A DNA stretch of 62,643 nt, filler included, from Myxococcota bacterium (GTDB lineage: Bacteria > Myxococcota_C > UBA6777), in NCBI GenBank assembly GCA_023150835.1. It is 3 parts of 3 records of this genome, joined end to end, with 100 filler letters (N's around TTAATTAATTAA, not from the genome) between each part and the next. Parts side by side here need not be neighbours in the genome. Positions count along the whole stretch, not along the records: positions 17,359 to 46,107 come from JAKLKB010000144.1; 2 more parts are not named here. The stretch is one strand, 5' to 3'. The notes under the pieces are model-generated. The model had not been told where the DNA came from, did not search any database, and saw nothing but the letters and a program-made list of their open reading frames with translations. Positions 29,245 through 41,400 of this stretch are shown one piece after another; position 1 is the first letter of the stretch, and each line of letters opens with the position of its first letter. A program made the translations under genes and the position numbers.

Positions 29245-30234
29245 ATGACGAGCCGCTTTGGGATGGTGGCGTTGGTGGGGCGACCCAACGTCGGCAAATC
29301 CACGTTAATGAATTATCTTGTGGGCGAGAAGATCTCGATCACAACGCCTGTTGCGCAAACAACGCGCAATCAGATCCGTGGGATCCAAAATCATCCCGAC
29401 GGGCAGATCGTATATCTTGATACCCCCGGAATTCACAAAGCGCGCAATCCGCTCAACCAAACCATGGTCAACGTCGCATGGCAAGCGATCGACGAAGTGG
29501 ACCTCGTGTTGTACCTTGTGGATGCCACGCGCCCTGATCCACAGATCGCAGCGCATCTTCCTTCGGAGATCGGTACACCCCATCGCGACGACTCGCGCAA
29601 AGATCCGGGCTTTGGCGAAGACGCGATGATCTTGCAGCGCTTCAAAGAAACCCAAACACCCGTCTATTTGGTGATCAATAAAGTTGATCAGATCGTCCCC
29701 AAGCCCCTGTTGCTTCCGTTGATTCAACGCTACACCGAAGGGAACAATTTTCGAGAAGTCATCCCGATCTCGGCGGCGACGGGCGAAAATACCGATCAGC
29801 TTGTGCGTTTGATCTTGCAGGTACTCCCCGAAGGAGTACCGCTGTTTCCGCCCGAATATGCGACCGATCGGGCAGAACGTTTTTTGGTCTCCGAGTTGAT
29901 CCGCGAACAACTGATCTTGTTGACACGTCAAGAACTTCCCCATAGCTGCGCGGTCTTGGTCGAAGCGTTTGATGAGGAGCGACGCGACGAACAAGATCGA
30001 CCGCTCGTCCGCATCGAAGCCACGATCATTGTCGAGCGAGACTCGCAAAAAGGCATCGTGATCGGCAAGCGCGGTGAGATGTTAAAGCAAGTGGGGCAAC
30101 GCGCACGCGAAGAGATCGAAAACCTCCTCGGCTGTCACGTCTTTTTAAAGCTCTGGGTCCGCGTCGACAAAAACTGGAGCCGCGATATGTCTTCTGTCCG
30201 TCGCCTCGGCTACGGCGACGAATTAGAGCAATAG
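29245..30234 (+). CDS. era: GTPase Era
   Basis: GRPNVGKST, QTTR, DTPG, NKVD, ISA, KH domain VIGKRG. Confidence 0.96.
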   Translation: MTSRFGMVALVGRPNVGKSTLMNYLVGEKISITTPVAQTTRNQIRGIQNHPDGQIVYLDTPGIHKARNPLNQTMVNVAWQAIDEVDLVLYLVDATRPDPQIAAHLPSEIGTPHRDDSRKDPGFGEDAMILQRFKETQTPVYLVINKVDQIVPKPLLLPLIQRYTEGNNFREVIPISAATGENTDQLVRLILQVLPEGVPLFPPEYATDRAERFLVSELIREQLILLTRQELPHSCAVLVEAFDEERRDEQDRPLVRIEATIIVERDSQKGIVIGKRGEMLKQVGQRAREEIENLLGCHVFLKLWVRVDKNWSRDMSSVRRLGYGDELEQ

Positions 30235-30314
30235 CCCCTTCCCTCCGAAAGAAAGCGATCAAGGATCGAGAACCATCGTCCCTCCCTTCCGAAAGAAAGC
30301 TGTCGAGAATCCCA

Positions 30315-31658
30315 ATGGAAGAAAAACTTCCCCGCTGTGCCTTGGTGGGCCGCCCCAATGTGGGCAAGTCCACCCTTTTTAACCGTCTGATCGGCAAACG
30401 CGATGCGTTGGTCGAAGACATGCCCGGTGTCACCCGCGACCGCAAGTACGGGAAGTGCGAGTGGAACGGCCAAACCATCGAAGTGATCGATACAGGTGGA
30501 CTTGAACCCACCACCGACGACTACATCTTGTCTGCCATGCGCAAGCAAACACAGATGGCGATCGACGAAGCAGACTTTGTGTTGGTGATCGTCGATGCCC
30601 GTCACGGCTTGATCTCCGAAGACAAGGAGATCATCAACGAGCTGCGCCGACAAAACAAACCCTTCTTTTTGCTTGTGAACAAGGTCGATAATCCCAAACA
30701 AGAAGACCTTGCCGCTGATTTTTATGCCCTTGGGATCGAGACGATCTACCCGATCAGCGCGACGCATGGTGTGGGGGTCGGCGATATGCTTGATGATCTT
30801 CTTGAGCAGATGAACCAAGCCCAGATCGAGATCCCTAGCGCCACCGAGATCATCCACGAACACGATGGACTCCCTCGGATCGCAGTCGTCGGAAAACCGA
30901 ACGCAGGAAAGTCTACCCTGATCAACTACTTGCTCGGCGAGGAGCGCTTGCTCGCCATGCCCGAAGCAGGAACCACCCGCGATGCCATCGATGTGGTCGT
31001 CAAACGTGGCGACAAAGAATATCTCTTCATCGACACCGCTGGGATCCGCCGCCAAAAGTACATCACAGAGCGCCTCGAACGCTTGACGATCAATCAAAGT
31101 CTCGATGCTTTGGATCGTTGTGATGTTGCGCTCTTTCTTGTCGATGCTGCCGAAGGGATCACCGAACAAGATACCAAGGTCGCAGGATTTGCACACAACA
31201 AAAATCGTGGCGTGATCATCGTCGTCAACAAGTGGGATCTCAAGCCCAAAGGCCAAGAACCCATGAAAGAATTCGAGGAAGAGATCCGCTACAAGATGAA
31301 ATTCCTCGCCTACGCCCCGATCGTGTATTGCTCCGCCATCACGGGTTCTCGCGTCCAGCGCATCTTCCAACTGATCGATCAAACCTACGAGTCCTTCAAA
31401 CTGCGTGTCCCCACAGGAGAACTCAACCGCTTCTTCAATGAGATGATGCGCTACCATCCACCACCCGTCCACAAAGGCAAGCCCGTTAAATTCTACTACA
31501 TCTCCCAAGTCCAAGTCGCGCCCCCGACGTTTGTGATCAGCGCCAACCAGCCGGACGCTGCACACGTCACCTATCAACGCTTCATCATCAACAGTCTGCG
31601 CGCTGAGTTCGGATTTGAAGGCGTCCCCCTTCGTTTGTTGTTCCGCCATCACCACTGA
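30315..31658 (+). CDS. der: ribosome biogenesis GTPase Der (EngA)
   Basis: Two G domains (GRPNVGKS/DTGG/NKVD; GKPNAGKS/DTAG/NKWD), C-terminal FGFEGVP. Confidence 0.97.
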   Translation: MEEKLPRCALVGRPNVGKSTLFNRLIGKRDALVEDMPGVTRDRKYGKCEWNGQTIEVIDTGGLEPTTDDYILSAMRKQTQMAIDEADFVLVIVDARHGLISEDKEIINELRRQNKPFFLLVNKVDNPKQEDLAADFYALGIETIYPISATHGVGVGDMLDDLLEQMNQAQIEIPSATEIIHEHDGLPRIAVVGKPNAGKSTLINYLLGEERLLAMPEAGTTRDAIDVVVKRGDKEYLFIDTAGIRRQKYITERLERLTINQSLDALDRCDVALFLVDAAEGITEQDTKVAGFAHNKNRGVIIVVNKWDLKPKGQEPMKEFEEEIRYKMKFLAYAPIVYCSAITGSRVQRIFQLIDQTYESFKLRVPTGELNRFFNEMMRYHPPPVHKGKPVKFYYISQVQVAPPTFVISANQPDAAHVTYQRFIINSLRAEFGFEGVPLRLLFRHHH

Positions 31659-31704
31659 TGCGCGATTCGACCGATGCGTGATCGAGACGTCAACACGATT
31701 CGTT

Positions 31705-31779
31705 GTAGACGCCCTGTTGTTGGGCAGCCACAGGGGGCTGCCCCGACATGTTTCGATCACGCAACGGGCGGATCTCGTA
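31705..31779 (-). repeat. family 1 repeat, reverse copy
   Basis: gtagacgccctgttgttgggcagccacagggggctgcccc...cggatctcgta. Confidence 0.8.
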
Positions 31780-32036
31780 CGATCTCTGACTGCACGGCGG
31801 TAGGATCGGCGAACACGATGTCTCCTTCGCTTGCTGTTCCACCGACACCACTCCTTTCGCCCCGCTTGCTCCTTTCCCGCCCGCTTGCTCTTCGTTTCGG
31901 TCTTGGCTATTTTTAGACGCGACTAAATCCTGTATCTGGGTTTGGCTCAACATCGAAGGTTCGCAGCCGTGAGATGGCTTTTGCGAAGAGATGCGGAGGC
32001 CGTTGTTTTGGGATGTTAGGCGATGGATGCGGCTTA

Positions 32037-32229
32037 GACGAAATCCGCAGGGTGTGTGACCGCAAAATGTAGGGGCAGCCCCCTGTGGCTGCCCAACAAC
32101 AGGGCGTCTACGCCGCAAAGATCGCTGTCCAGCCAAACGAGCGGCGGCAGCCCCCTGTGGCTGCCCAACAACAGGGCGTCTACAGCGGATCGCGCCTACC
32201 CTTCGATCACACTTCTCTCGGATGTCGTA
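32037..32229 (+). mobile_element. family 1 MITE-like element with duplicated core
   Basis: GACGAAATCCG...CGGATGTCGTA ends, TTA on both flanks, two GGCAGCCCCCTGTGGCTGCCC cores. Confidence 0.72.
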
Positions 32230-32250
32230 TTAGATGGAAAAGGCTGTGGG

Positions 32251-32937
32251 ATGACCAACGAAGACAAAAAAGAACTGAGTCCGGCGATGGAGGATTATCT
32301 GCGTGTGATCTACAAGTTCGAAGAAAAAGGAGCGATGGTCACGACGTCGATGATCTCGGAGAGTTTGGGGGTTGCGCCTGCGTCCGTGACCAAGATGATG
32401 AAGCGTTTAGCGTCGATGGACTTGGTGGAACATGAGCCGTATCGGGGCGTGGGATTGACGGCGAACGGGGAGAAGGCCGCTGCGGAGATGGCGCGGCATC
32501 ATCGTTTGATCGAGTTGTTTTTAACGGAAGTGGTGGGTGTTCCTTGGGATCGAGTGCATGATGAGGCGCATCGTTTGGAACACGCATTATCCGAGTATTT
32601 GGAAGATCGTTTGGCGGATATCTTGGGCGATCCAAAGGTCGATCCGCACGGCCAACTGATCCCTTGTAAGGAGGGGCGTGTGGCGGTGCGAAGTTTACGG
32701 ATGCTGTGGGATTTGGAGCAGGGGACGCGAGGCGTGGTCGCGGAGATCGAGGATCACGATCCAGCTTTGTTGCGTTATGTGGCGGAACGGGCGTTGTTTC
32801 CGGGGACAAAGATCTGTGTGGCCGAGCGAGATCCGTACGGCGGGAGCGTGATCGTGGCGCTGGGTGCGGAGCGTTGCGCGGTGGGGCAGGATGCTGCGCG
32901 GCAGATCTGGATCGAAACAAACGAGACCGCCGCTTGA
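32251..32937 (+). CDS. DtxR/MntR family metal-dependent regulator with FeoA domain
   Basis: EDYLRVIY, VAPASVTKM, RHHRLIELFL, EAHRLEH, DPHGQLIP. Confidence 0.93.
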   Translation: MTNEDKKELSPAMEDYLRVIYKFEEKGAMVTTSMISESLGVAPASVTKMMKRLASMDLVEHEPYRGVGLTANGEKAAAEMARHHRLIELFLTEVVGVPWDRVHDEAHRLEHALSEYLEDRLADILGDPKVDPHGQLIPCKEGRVAVRSLRMLWDLEQGTRGVVAEIEDHDPALLRYVAERALFPGTKICVAERDPYGGSVIVALGAERCAVGQDAARQIWIETNETAA

Positions 32938-33879
32938 TCAGAGGGGGGCCGGAGGCGATTGTTGCGGTAGGATGTGTTGTTCGAGGCGGTCGAGTAGGGC
33001 TTCGGCCTGTTCGAGGATTTGTGAAAGGGGCGGTGTATCGGGGTCTGGTGCGATCTTGAGGGAGAGAGCTTGAAAGGTATCGGCGAGGTGTGTCAGGAGA
33101 TCGTCGAAAGCGTCGAGATCGGAGAGCCAATCGGATTGTTGGTCGAGGTTTTGGAGCCAGTAGAGGCGGGATTGGGCGACAGCGCGTGTGTGGTCGGGGA
33201 GATCGGCTTGTTGGAGGAGTCGTTTGAGGCGGGGAAGGGGGCGTTGTTTGAGCAGTAGACGGGCGTGTTGGAAAAGCTGCCAGAGCGGATAGAAGCGGTC
33301 TTTGAGGCAGCGGGTGAAGCGCAAAAAAGACGCATAGTCGGGATCTTTGGGGGAGATCTGATGGAGCCAAGAGGTGAGTTGTTCGGTGGTCCAAGGGGGG
33401 GGTTGAGCGGAGATCGGCTGTGCAAGGCGGATCAATACCTCGATGCCTCGGCGTTTTCGGAGGGTGGTACGCATACGAACAGCGAGTTGGAGGGCTGCAA
33501 GGATGCAAGAGACAATTCCAGCGATCCGCCATGCTGTGGGCCACGCCCGCCACCACAGGGCAAAGACAGCGACGCCAAGGAAGGCAAATCCTGCGTAAAG
33601 GGCTGTCAGGGGTTTTTGTTGGACGACAAACTCTTCGGGAGAGCGCCAGCGCAAGGAACATCGTTGGCAGTGGACCTCGGGGACGAGCCCGAGTTCACCG
33701 CGCATGGCGAAGTGGACGTTGGGATCGCGCTGACAGCCTTTGAGGGGGATGGGTGGGCAAGAGGGTTTGGGCAGGGGGAGCTGTTGCCAGACATCCAGCC
33801 AGAGGTGGGCTTGTTCGGTCGGGGAGAGTTCCGAGGGGTCGGAGGGAGTAGGCTGTTGGGTCTTGGGTGATTTGTTCAC
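32938..33879 (-). CDS. hypothetical membrane protein with CxxC motif
   Basis: 313-aa ORF, HCQRCS, two TM helices, helical C-terminus. Confidence 0.65.
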   Translation of the reverse strand: MNKSPKTQQPTPSDPSELSPTEQAHLWLDVWQQLPLPKPSCPPIPLKGCQRDPNVHFAMRGELGLVPEVHCQRCSLRWRSPEEFVVQQKPLTALYAGFAFLGVAVFALWWRAWPTAWRIAGIVSCILAALQLAVRMRTTLRKRRGIEVLIRLAQPISAQPPPWTTEQLTSWLHQISPKDPDYASFLRFTRCLKDRFYPLWQLFQHARLLLKQRPLPRLKRLLQQADLPDHTRAVAQSRLYWLQNLDQQSDWLSDLDAFDDLLTHLADTFQALSLKIAPDPDTPPLSQILEQAEALLDRLEQHILPQQSPPAPL

Positions 33880-34066
33880 GGTGGCTTGCGTCCTCTCGGG
33901 TCGTCGAAGGTAGACGGGGTTTGTGTTCTTTGGCGGAGATCGTTAAAACGTTTGGAAGGCCGAGGCAAGACGATCTTAGAAAAAAGAGCATGGAGATCGC
34001 GCATTATCGGGTATTTTGGAGGTATGTGATGGTGAGTCGTGACTGGAAGAGGTGGGGAGGCGAGTG

Positions 34067-34988
34067 ATGAAGATCGAGCGTAGGTTCGAGATGTTGGTGG
34101 TGGGGGGGGGCGTCGTCGGTGTGGGGGCATCGTTTGGGGTTGCGTGTGGGGCTGGTGGAGAAAGAGCGGTTGGGTGGTCAGTTGTGGATGATCCACAAAG
34201 AGATCCCGGACTATCCGGGGTTGGTGTGTGCCGATGGTGCGGAGATGGTTGAGCGGATGGAAGCGCATCTGGCGATGCTATCGGGGATTGAGCGGATCGT
34301 GGGTGAGGTGACGGAGATCGATGGAGAAGAGGGGTGGGTGAAGATCCGAGGAGGGCAAGGAGAAGAAGTCTTGGGAGCGGAGGCGGTGGTGTTGGCGACA
34401 GGGATGGTGCGGCGTCGGTTGTGGGAGCCCGATCTGCGGGCATGGGAGGGGCGTGGGGTCGAGTATACAGCGAGCGGTGCGCGGGAGGCATTTGTGGGGC
34501 AGCGTGTGTGCATCGTTGGGGGAGGAGATGGTGCGTTTGAAAATGCGTTGTGGCTGGCGGATACATGCGACTGTCCCGAAGTGACGGTGTCTTCGCGTGG
34601 AGAAGCGTTTCGGGCGCGTCGGGACTTTGTAGAGCAGGCCAAGGCGCATCCGAAGATCCGTTTGTGGGCGGGGAGTGTGTTGGAAGGTGTGGAGGGGAGC
34701 GATCGGATCGAGGCGGTATTTCTTCGGATACACGGGGAGATCCAACGATTGGAAGTCGGGGCATTGTTGATCAAGATCGGTTTTGCGCCGCAGTCGCAAC
34801 GGGTCGTGGGGCAGTGTCGCCTTGATCCGCAGGGATACGTGGTGGTGGACGCAACGCAACGAACCAGCTCCCCGCGTCTTTGGGCGGTTGGAGATGTGTG
34901 TACGCCGATCGATCCGTCGCTTTCGGTGTGTGTGGGGCAAGGGTGCTTGGCGGCCCGAGAGATCCAGCGCTTTCTGCGCCCTGTGTGA
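34067..34988 (+). pseudogene. TrxB-like NAD(P)/FAD oxidoreductase, frameshifted near 5' end
   Basis: LVVGGG (frame of 34067) is out of frame with WGHRLGL...LGGQL, VLATG, VGGGDGAFE, WAVGDV; break at the G9 run 34102-34110. Confidence 0.7.
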
Positions 34989-34992
34989 ATGA

Positions 34993-35106
34993 TACGAAAT
35001 CCGCCCGTTGTATGATCGTAAAGATGTAGGGGCAGCCCCCCGTGGCTGCCCTATAATAGGTCGTCTACGTACTATGCCTTTGTGTACACATCACTCGGAT
35101 GTCGTA
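34993..35106 (+). mobile_element. family 1 MITE-like element
   Basis: TACGAAATCCG...CGGATGTCGTA ends with TGA on both flanks. Confidence 0.75.
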
Positions 35107-35136
35107 TGAGTACAGACGCGTTGTCGCTGAAAAACC

Positions 35137-35257
35137 CCGTGTTCGCGAGGCTTCAAGCGACAGCGTGATGGGTTTGAAAAACGATGATCACTTCGCTGAT
35201 ACGGGGTCAAGGGAGCGGCGCTAAGGGCGCGGGGCGTGGGGCAAAGCCCCAACAAAC
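35137..35257 (+). repeat. family 2 repeat copy
   Basis: Colinear motif blocks with 17584-17703. Confidence 0.8.
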
Positions 35258-35448
35258 CGATCTGGTGAGTTCTGTGTGAACAGAAGGCATCGGATGCGGT
35301 CGGAGAGTTTTTGGGAGCGGGGCGTTGTGTTGTCGGGAAGAAGAAGCCGCGAGTGGTGGTTGCCAAGAGCGGAAAGAGGCGATAGGTTTGAGATATCGCG
35401 TCAGCGGGTGGTGTGTGGATGGATGTTTGTATGGACGGTTGAGGGCGC

Positions 35449-38400
35449 GTGAGGGTGTGTTGGTGTGTTGGATGGAGGCTTGCTTTGTATCGTGTTGGTG
35501 TTTGGGGATATACAAGCGTATGGAGCTTGTTGTGTTGGGGCTTTTGGGGCTTTTGTGTGCAGGCACAGGCCAGTCCGGCCTTTGTCAGTACGCCTGTCAC
35601 AAAAGCGCCCGTAGGTGATCTCTATCGTTATCTTGTGCGGGTGTGGCGTCCAGATCGCCGAGAAGCCCGATTGTCGGTGCAATTGAAGGGAGTTCCTGCG
35701 TGGGGGAACTTTCGTTTGGTGATGCTTGGGCGGGTGGGGTGTTGTGTTTGGCAGGCCGTATTGACGGGCCGTTTGACGGTGGAAGATGCAGGGAAAAAGG
35801 CCGGGATCGTTCTTGAAGCGGTGGATGTCGCGGAGCCAACGTCGGTTGCGACGCAGCGTTTTCAGTTGGAAGTCGCTCCCAAAAACCGTCCTCCTGCGTT
35901 CACGCCGCCTACCGCCTTACAAAGAGAAGTGCGCCGTGGCGAAAAGTATGTGTACTCGCCGCAAGTGCAAGACGCCGATCATGCGGCCTCTCAGGTCAGC
36001 CTTTCGCTTGTCGAAGGCCCCTTGGGGATGACGTGGGACGCAGGGGCAGGGCAGTTGGTCTGGCAGACAGGTGCAGCGGATGTGGGATTGCATGGAGTGG
36101 TGATGCGTGCGATCGATCCGCTCGGAGGCGTGGGGGTATTGCGCTATCTTTTGGACGTCAAACCAGAGAACTCTCCACCTGTGTTTGTTTCGGTGCCTCT
36201 GGAAGGAGCGGCCCTTGGAGAGCCGTATGTGTACGCTTTGCGCGCTCGCGATCCAGAGGCCCAAGACACCTTGTTGTACACACTGAAACAAGGCCCTGCG
36301 GGGATGTCTGTTCATCCGACGGGATTGCTGGTTTGGCCGACGCCAAGCGGCGCAGGAAGTGCGCACGCTGTCTCGGTTGAAGTGCGCGACCGCAGCAGCG
36401 GCGGATTGAGCGCACAACAAAACTGGACGCTCAAGGTCTTTGCGAACAATCAACGACCACAGATCGTCTCGCAATCTCCGATCGAGGCCACGCAAGGCGC
36501 GGTGTATCGGGCTTTGATCCAAGCAACTGACGCTGATCCATCCGACAGTCTGCGCTTTGTGCTAGAACAAGCGCCCGTTGGAGCGCAGATCCTTGCCAAA
36601 GACAGCCGCAGCGCAGAAGTGACGTGGACGCCTCGCCCCGAAGAGGTGGGATTACAGACGTTGGTCGTGCGGGTGGATGATGGTCGTGGTGGGGTGGCTT
36701 GGTCGCGCACGCCGATCCATGTGCAAGATATCAACGATCCACCGACCTTTGTGGCTCCTTGGCCGTTGGCGGTGGCTGTGCAGGGAAAGGTCTACAGGAC
36801 GCAGATCTTTGCGAAGGATCCTGATGTGGGGGCGCGCCTACGTTTTCTTCCGTTGCGCTTGCCTGCGGGGATGCGGCTTGATGGAGAAACGGGCTGGCTG
36901 TATTGGACGCCCGACGCGACGCACGTCGGCAAGCCCCAAGAAGTCGAACTGACGGTCGAAGATCAACAGGGTCTTCGTGCAAAAAGCCCGCTGCGTTGGA
37001 CGATTCAGGTCATCGGAGAAGCTTCTCCCCCGGTGTTTGCTTCGGTCCCCGCTTCGTTTTCGTTGGTCCAAGGCCAAGCGTGGCGTTTTGTGATCTCGGC
37101 AAGCCACCCCGATCCCAACCAGCGCACCATCCGTTATCGCATCGAAGACGCGCCGTTGGGGATGCAGATCAACGAGTCTACAGGAGAGATCCTTTGGACA
37201 CCGACGCGGGAAGATGTCGGAAAGCATCTTGTGTGGATCGAAGCATGGAACGATGCGGGCTTGCGCGCCCAGCAAGCCCTCTCCTTGGAGGTGCGAGGCA
37301 TCAATCAAGCGCCTGTGTTGGACACGCGCCTTTCCAACCCGGGAGGGGCGGCGATGGTGGGCGTGATGTACACGTATCTGCCGGTGGTTCGGGACCCTGA
37401 CGGAGATCGCTTGCGCTTTTCCTTGGAACGAGCGCCTGTGGGGATGAGCGTGGAGGAAACAGGTTGGGTGGCGTGGACCCCCAAAGAAACGGATGCGGAT
37501 CAGACGTTTCGTTTTGTGTGGGTGGCGCGTGATCCGTCAGGTCTTGAGGCCCGCCAAGAGATCACGCTGAAGGTCTACCCCAAAAATCAGCCCCCCTCGA
37601 TCAAACAAGAAACCTTGAGCAAGCTGCGCTCGTTGTACAAACTCCCCGCAGATCGGGCGTGGGAGTTTTTGCTGCCTTCAGCAAGCGATGCGGATCGAGA
37701 CGCGCTGACCTACGTCCTCGAAGATGCACCCGAAGGTGTGACCCTCACCACACTCAAAGAGACCACCGAAGACCTGTACGTTGGACGATTGTCGTGGACT
37801 CCAAACACCCAACAGATCGGCCTTCATGCTTTGCGCATCCGCATCGAAGATGGGCGCGGTGGGATCTTTCGGCTGCGTTTGATGGTGGAGGTCGGTGTTC
37901 CCGAGTTTTTGGGGGCAAACGAGCAGCCTGTGATCCAAAGCGAGCCACCAACACGAGCCGCTGTCGGCAGAGCGATGTTCTACCAACCCCGCATCCAAGA
38001 GATCATCCCAACGGTGGGGACGTGGTTGTTTGCTTTGGACAGCGGTGCGCCGAGTGGAATGAGCATTGATGTTCAAAGTGGGCGGCTGGCATGGACGCCC
38101 AAAGCCTCGGATGCAGGGGCCGCTCACACGGTACGTTTACTTGCAAAGAAATTCGATGCTTCCCAAAAAGTGCTGTTTTCGTTGGAGCAATCGTTTGTGT
38201 TGTGGGTCGAGGTCGTGGCGTCAGGGCTTCCCTCGCAAGGCGGAGCAAGTGCAGCGGGAGATCAGGACCAGCCGTTTTCTTCGTCGTTTCAACTGCTCCA
38301 AGATCACAGCACCGCATGGTCTTTTGTGCGCTTGATCGAGGGGCCATCGGGCCTAGAGGTGGCCCCGTATAGCGGGGTGGGCCGCTGGCTTCCAAACGCC

Positions 38401-41400
38401 CGCGATGTCGGGACGCACAAGGTGGTTTTGCAGATCGAAGCCGAAGGTGAACAACGCATGATCACAGGAAGCCTCGTGATCAAAGATCGCAATGATCCTC
38501 CCATGATATCCAGTCTGCCGTGGCTCGGTCTCGTCGCGGGGACGACCGCCAACATGACGCTTTCTGCGAGCGATGGGTTGGACTTGCCTCCCGACACGCC
38601 CTTGCTGTGGTCTCTTTGGCAAGCCCCAAGCGGAGCATCGATCGTGGCCAGTTCTTTTCCATCGGGCCTTTCGTGGAATCCCTTGGCATCGGATATCGGG
38701 CGTCGTTTGTTGGTCTTGGAGGCCGAAGATCAGCGTGGGGCCAAAGCTGTTCAAGCTTCTGTCTTGAATGTCGTTGGGCAAAATCGGCCTCCAACGTGGA
38801 CGAAGCAACCTGTCGGATTGCCCGCTGCGATCGCGCTCATCACGGGTCAGATGTGGAAAAGCACGGTGGCTGCGACCGATCCAGACGGTGATCGTGTGCG
38901 GTATCGTATCGCCGCAGCACCCGAAGGTTTGGTGATCGGGGAGGTTAGCGGTGAGTTGCTCTGGACGCCGCCTCCAAAAGCGGTGGGGAGCTTTTTGGCC
39001 GAAGTCCAAGCGGTCGATCCCAACGGCGGTGTGGCCTCATTGCAGATACCGTTTGAAGTTGCGCGGGGGACGGACACAGGACCACGATTCTTGTCGCAAC
39101 CTCCGCTCTTTGCGCAGGCAGGCGAGAACTATCGCTACGAACTGCGTGTGGACGATCCAAACGATGCGCCGTCGGCTTTGCAGATCAGTCTTGCGCAAGC
39201 CCCACAAGGGATGGTCTTTGATCCCCAAAGTCGGACGCTTTCGTGGCCTGTTCCTGCCGCCACACAAGGGCTTTTTTCGGTGTCGTTGGTTGTGGCGGAT
39301 GCTTCGGGCTTAACGGCCACACAGTCGTATCTGCTGTCGGTTCGCTCGCTTCCCGAAGCACCCAAGATCCTTTCTTCCCCACCCAGCCGCATCACGGAAG
39401 GCGAACGGCTGATCTATCCTGTGTTGGTCTCGAAGCACGCGGATGTATCGGTGTCTTTTTCGCTGTTGCAAGCCCCGAGCGGGATGGAGATCCACGCACA
39501 AAGCGGTGTGGTGTCTTGGACCCCCAACGCGCAAGATGCGCGTACTCGCGAACATACCGTCGAGATCGCGGTGGTCGATACGAGGGGCGAAAGCGCGACC
39601 CAACGTTTCGCGCTGTGGGTAGAAGGTCGAAACGCAACGCCGCGCTTTGTGTCGGCGATCTGCCCCGAAGCGATCGCGGGTCAAAAATACAACTGTGTTG
39701 TAAAAGCTGAAGATCTCGATCGCCGCCCATCAGAGGGCGGTTCGTGGCTATTTTTTCGCTTGCGCAGCGCGCCAGAGGGGATGTCGATCCCTGCCAGCGC
39801 GCAAGGTGTCCGTTTGACCGACGGAAGCAGCGTTGCTACGGTACTTTTGGAATGGACGCCCCGCACCAACCAAGTGGGGAATTTTTTGGTGGTCTTCGAG
39901 GTGCGCGATAGCGACGGAGATATCGCGGTGAGTGAGTATTCGATCCGCGTTTCCTCCGAACAAAAGGGGCCGATCGCCAATGCAGGCGAAGATCGCAAAG
40001 GCATCTTTCCCCAAGAGATCGAACTCGATGGCTCCGAAAGCATCGCCCCCGAAGGAGCGACCGAATCGCTGCGTTATCAATGGCAAGTGCGCCAAAGTCC
40101 TGCCGATGAAAAGATTCGGATCCTTGATGCCGAAGCTCGGCGGGCGCGTGTGATCTTGCGGCGGGCGGGTGATTATCTGTTCCAATTGACGGTGCGGTCG
40201 GGAGCGCAAGAGAGTTTGCCTGATCTTGTCGAGGTCAGCGTGCGCAACGTCCCACCAAATGCTGCGGTGGATGCGCCTTTGCGCGTGGAAACCTTGCCTG
40301 AAGGGACACCGCGCAAGATCTACACATTGATCGGCCAAGTCGGTCAGGAGATCGCGCTCGATGCAAGCCCAAGCGATGACGCCAACGGCGATCCCTTGCG
40401 CTTTTCGTGGTCTCAACTGCGCAAAGAGTCCCCCCTTGAAGTCCCCCAAGTCGATATCAAAGATCCCCAAGAAACCAAAGCCCGCTTTATACCCACCCAA
40501 GCGGGCGTCTACCGCTTCCAATTGCGTGTCGAAGATATCCCCTCACAAAGCGATATCTCTCCGCTCCAAAGCACCGCCACCCTCGAAGTGATCGTCCATG
40601 ATCCTTCGGCTTCTCCTGTGTATGTTCCGATGGCTCTATTGCTTGCTCCCGAGCAAGGCGCGATCAACGAGGCCATCCGCCTTGATGCTTCTCGTTCGGT
40701 CGCTCCCTTCGGAAAGATCGTTTCCTACCAATGGCGGCTGTTGACACAAGGCGAACAGGTTCGGCTTGACAAAGATCCTCAATCCCCCACGATCGCCCGA
40801 CTGACGGCTTCTTTGCCGGGGTATTACCTCGTCGCGCTGAGTGTGGAGGCCGATGTCCAAGGAAAACGCATCCTCTCGCAAGAACAGGTGGTCGGTGTGC
40901 GTGTTGAAGGCCAAAGCAATACCAACCGTTTGCCCATCGCCATCGCCGCATCCGCACACGCAACCTACGAAACGTGGTTCCAATTGGATGCCTCGCAAAG
41001 CCTCGATCCTGCGGGTTCACAGCTAACCTTTCGTTGGGTGCAGATCGACGGACCTTCGGTTGCGCTGCGCGATGAAAAAACCGCTCGCCCGACCTTCTTT
41101 GTGCTGCGACAAGCGGACTATCGTTTCCGTTTGTGGGTGCGCGGTGGGCCTCTTACACAACAAGCCTCCCTTGAAAGCGCACCGATCGATATCTTGATCC
41201 GCGCCAATCCCAAAGCAAACCAGCCCCCCATCGCCCAACACAACGGCGATCTCGCAGGCGAACGCAGTCTAAAAGCTGGAATCGCCCTCAACAAGGGCAT
41301 CTTGGATGCTTCGCAAAGCAATGACCCCGAAGGCGAAGCCTTGCGCTTTCGTTGGCGTCTCGTCGGTGGCTTTCCAACTCCCCTCAAAGATGACCAAAGC

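Noticed and set aside
30236-30300. Short direct repeat (ccgaaagaaagc) between era and der
   Set aside because: Too short to support a function; likely local duplication
30210-31760. 516-aa minus-strand ORF
   Set aside because: Antisense shadow of der
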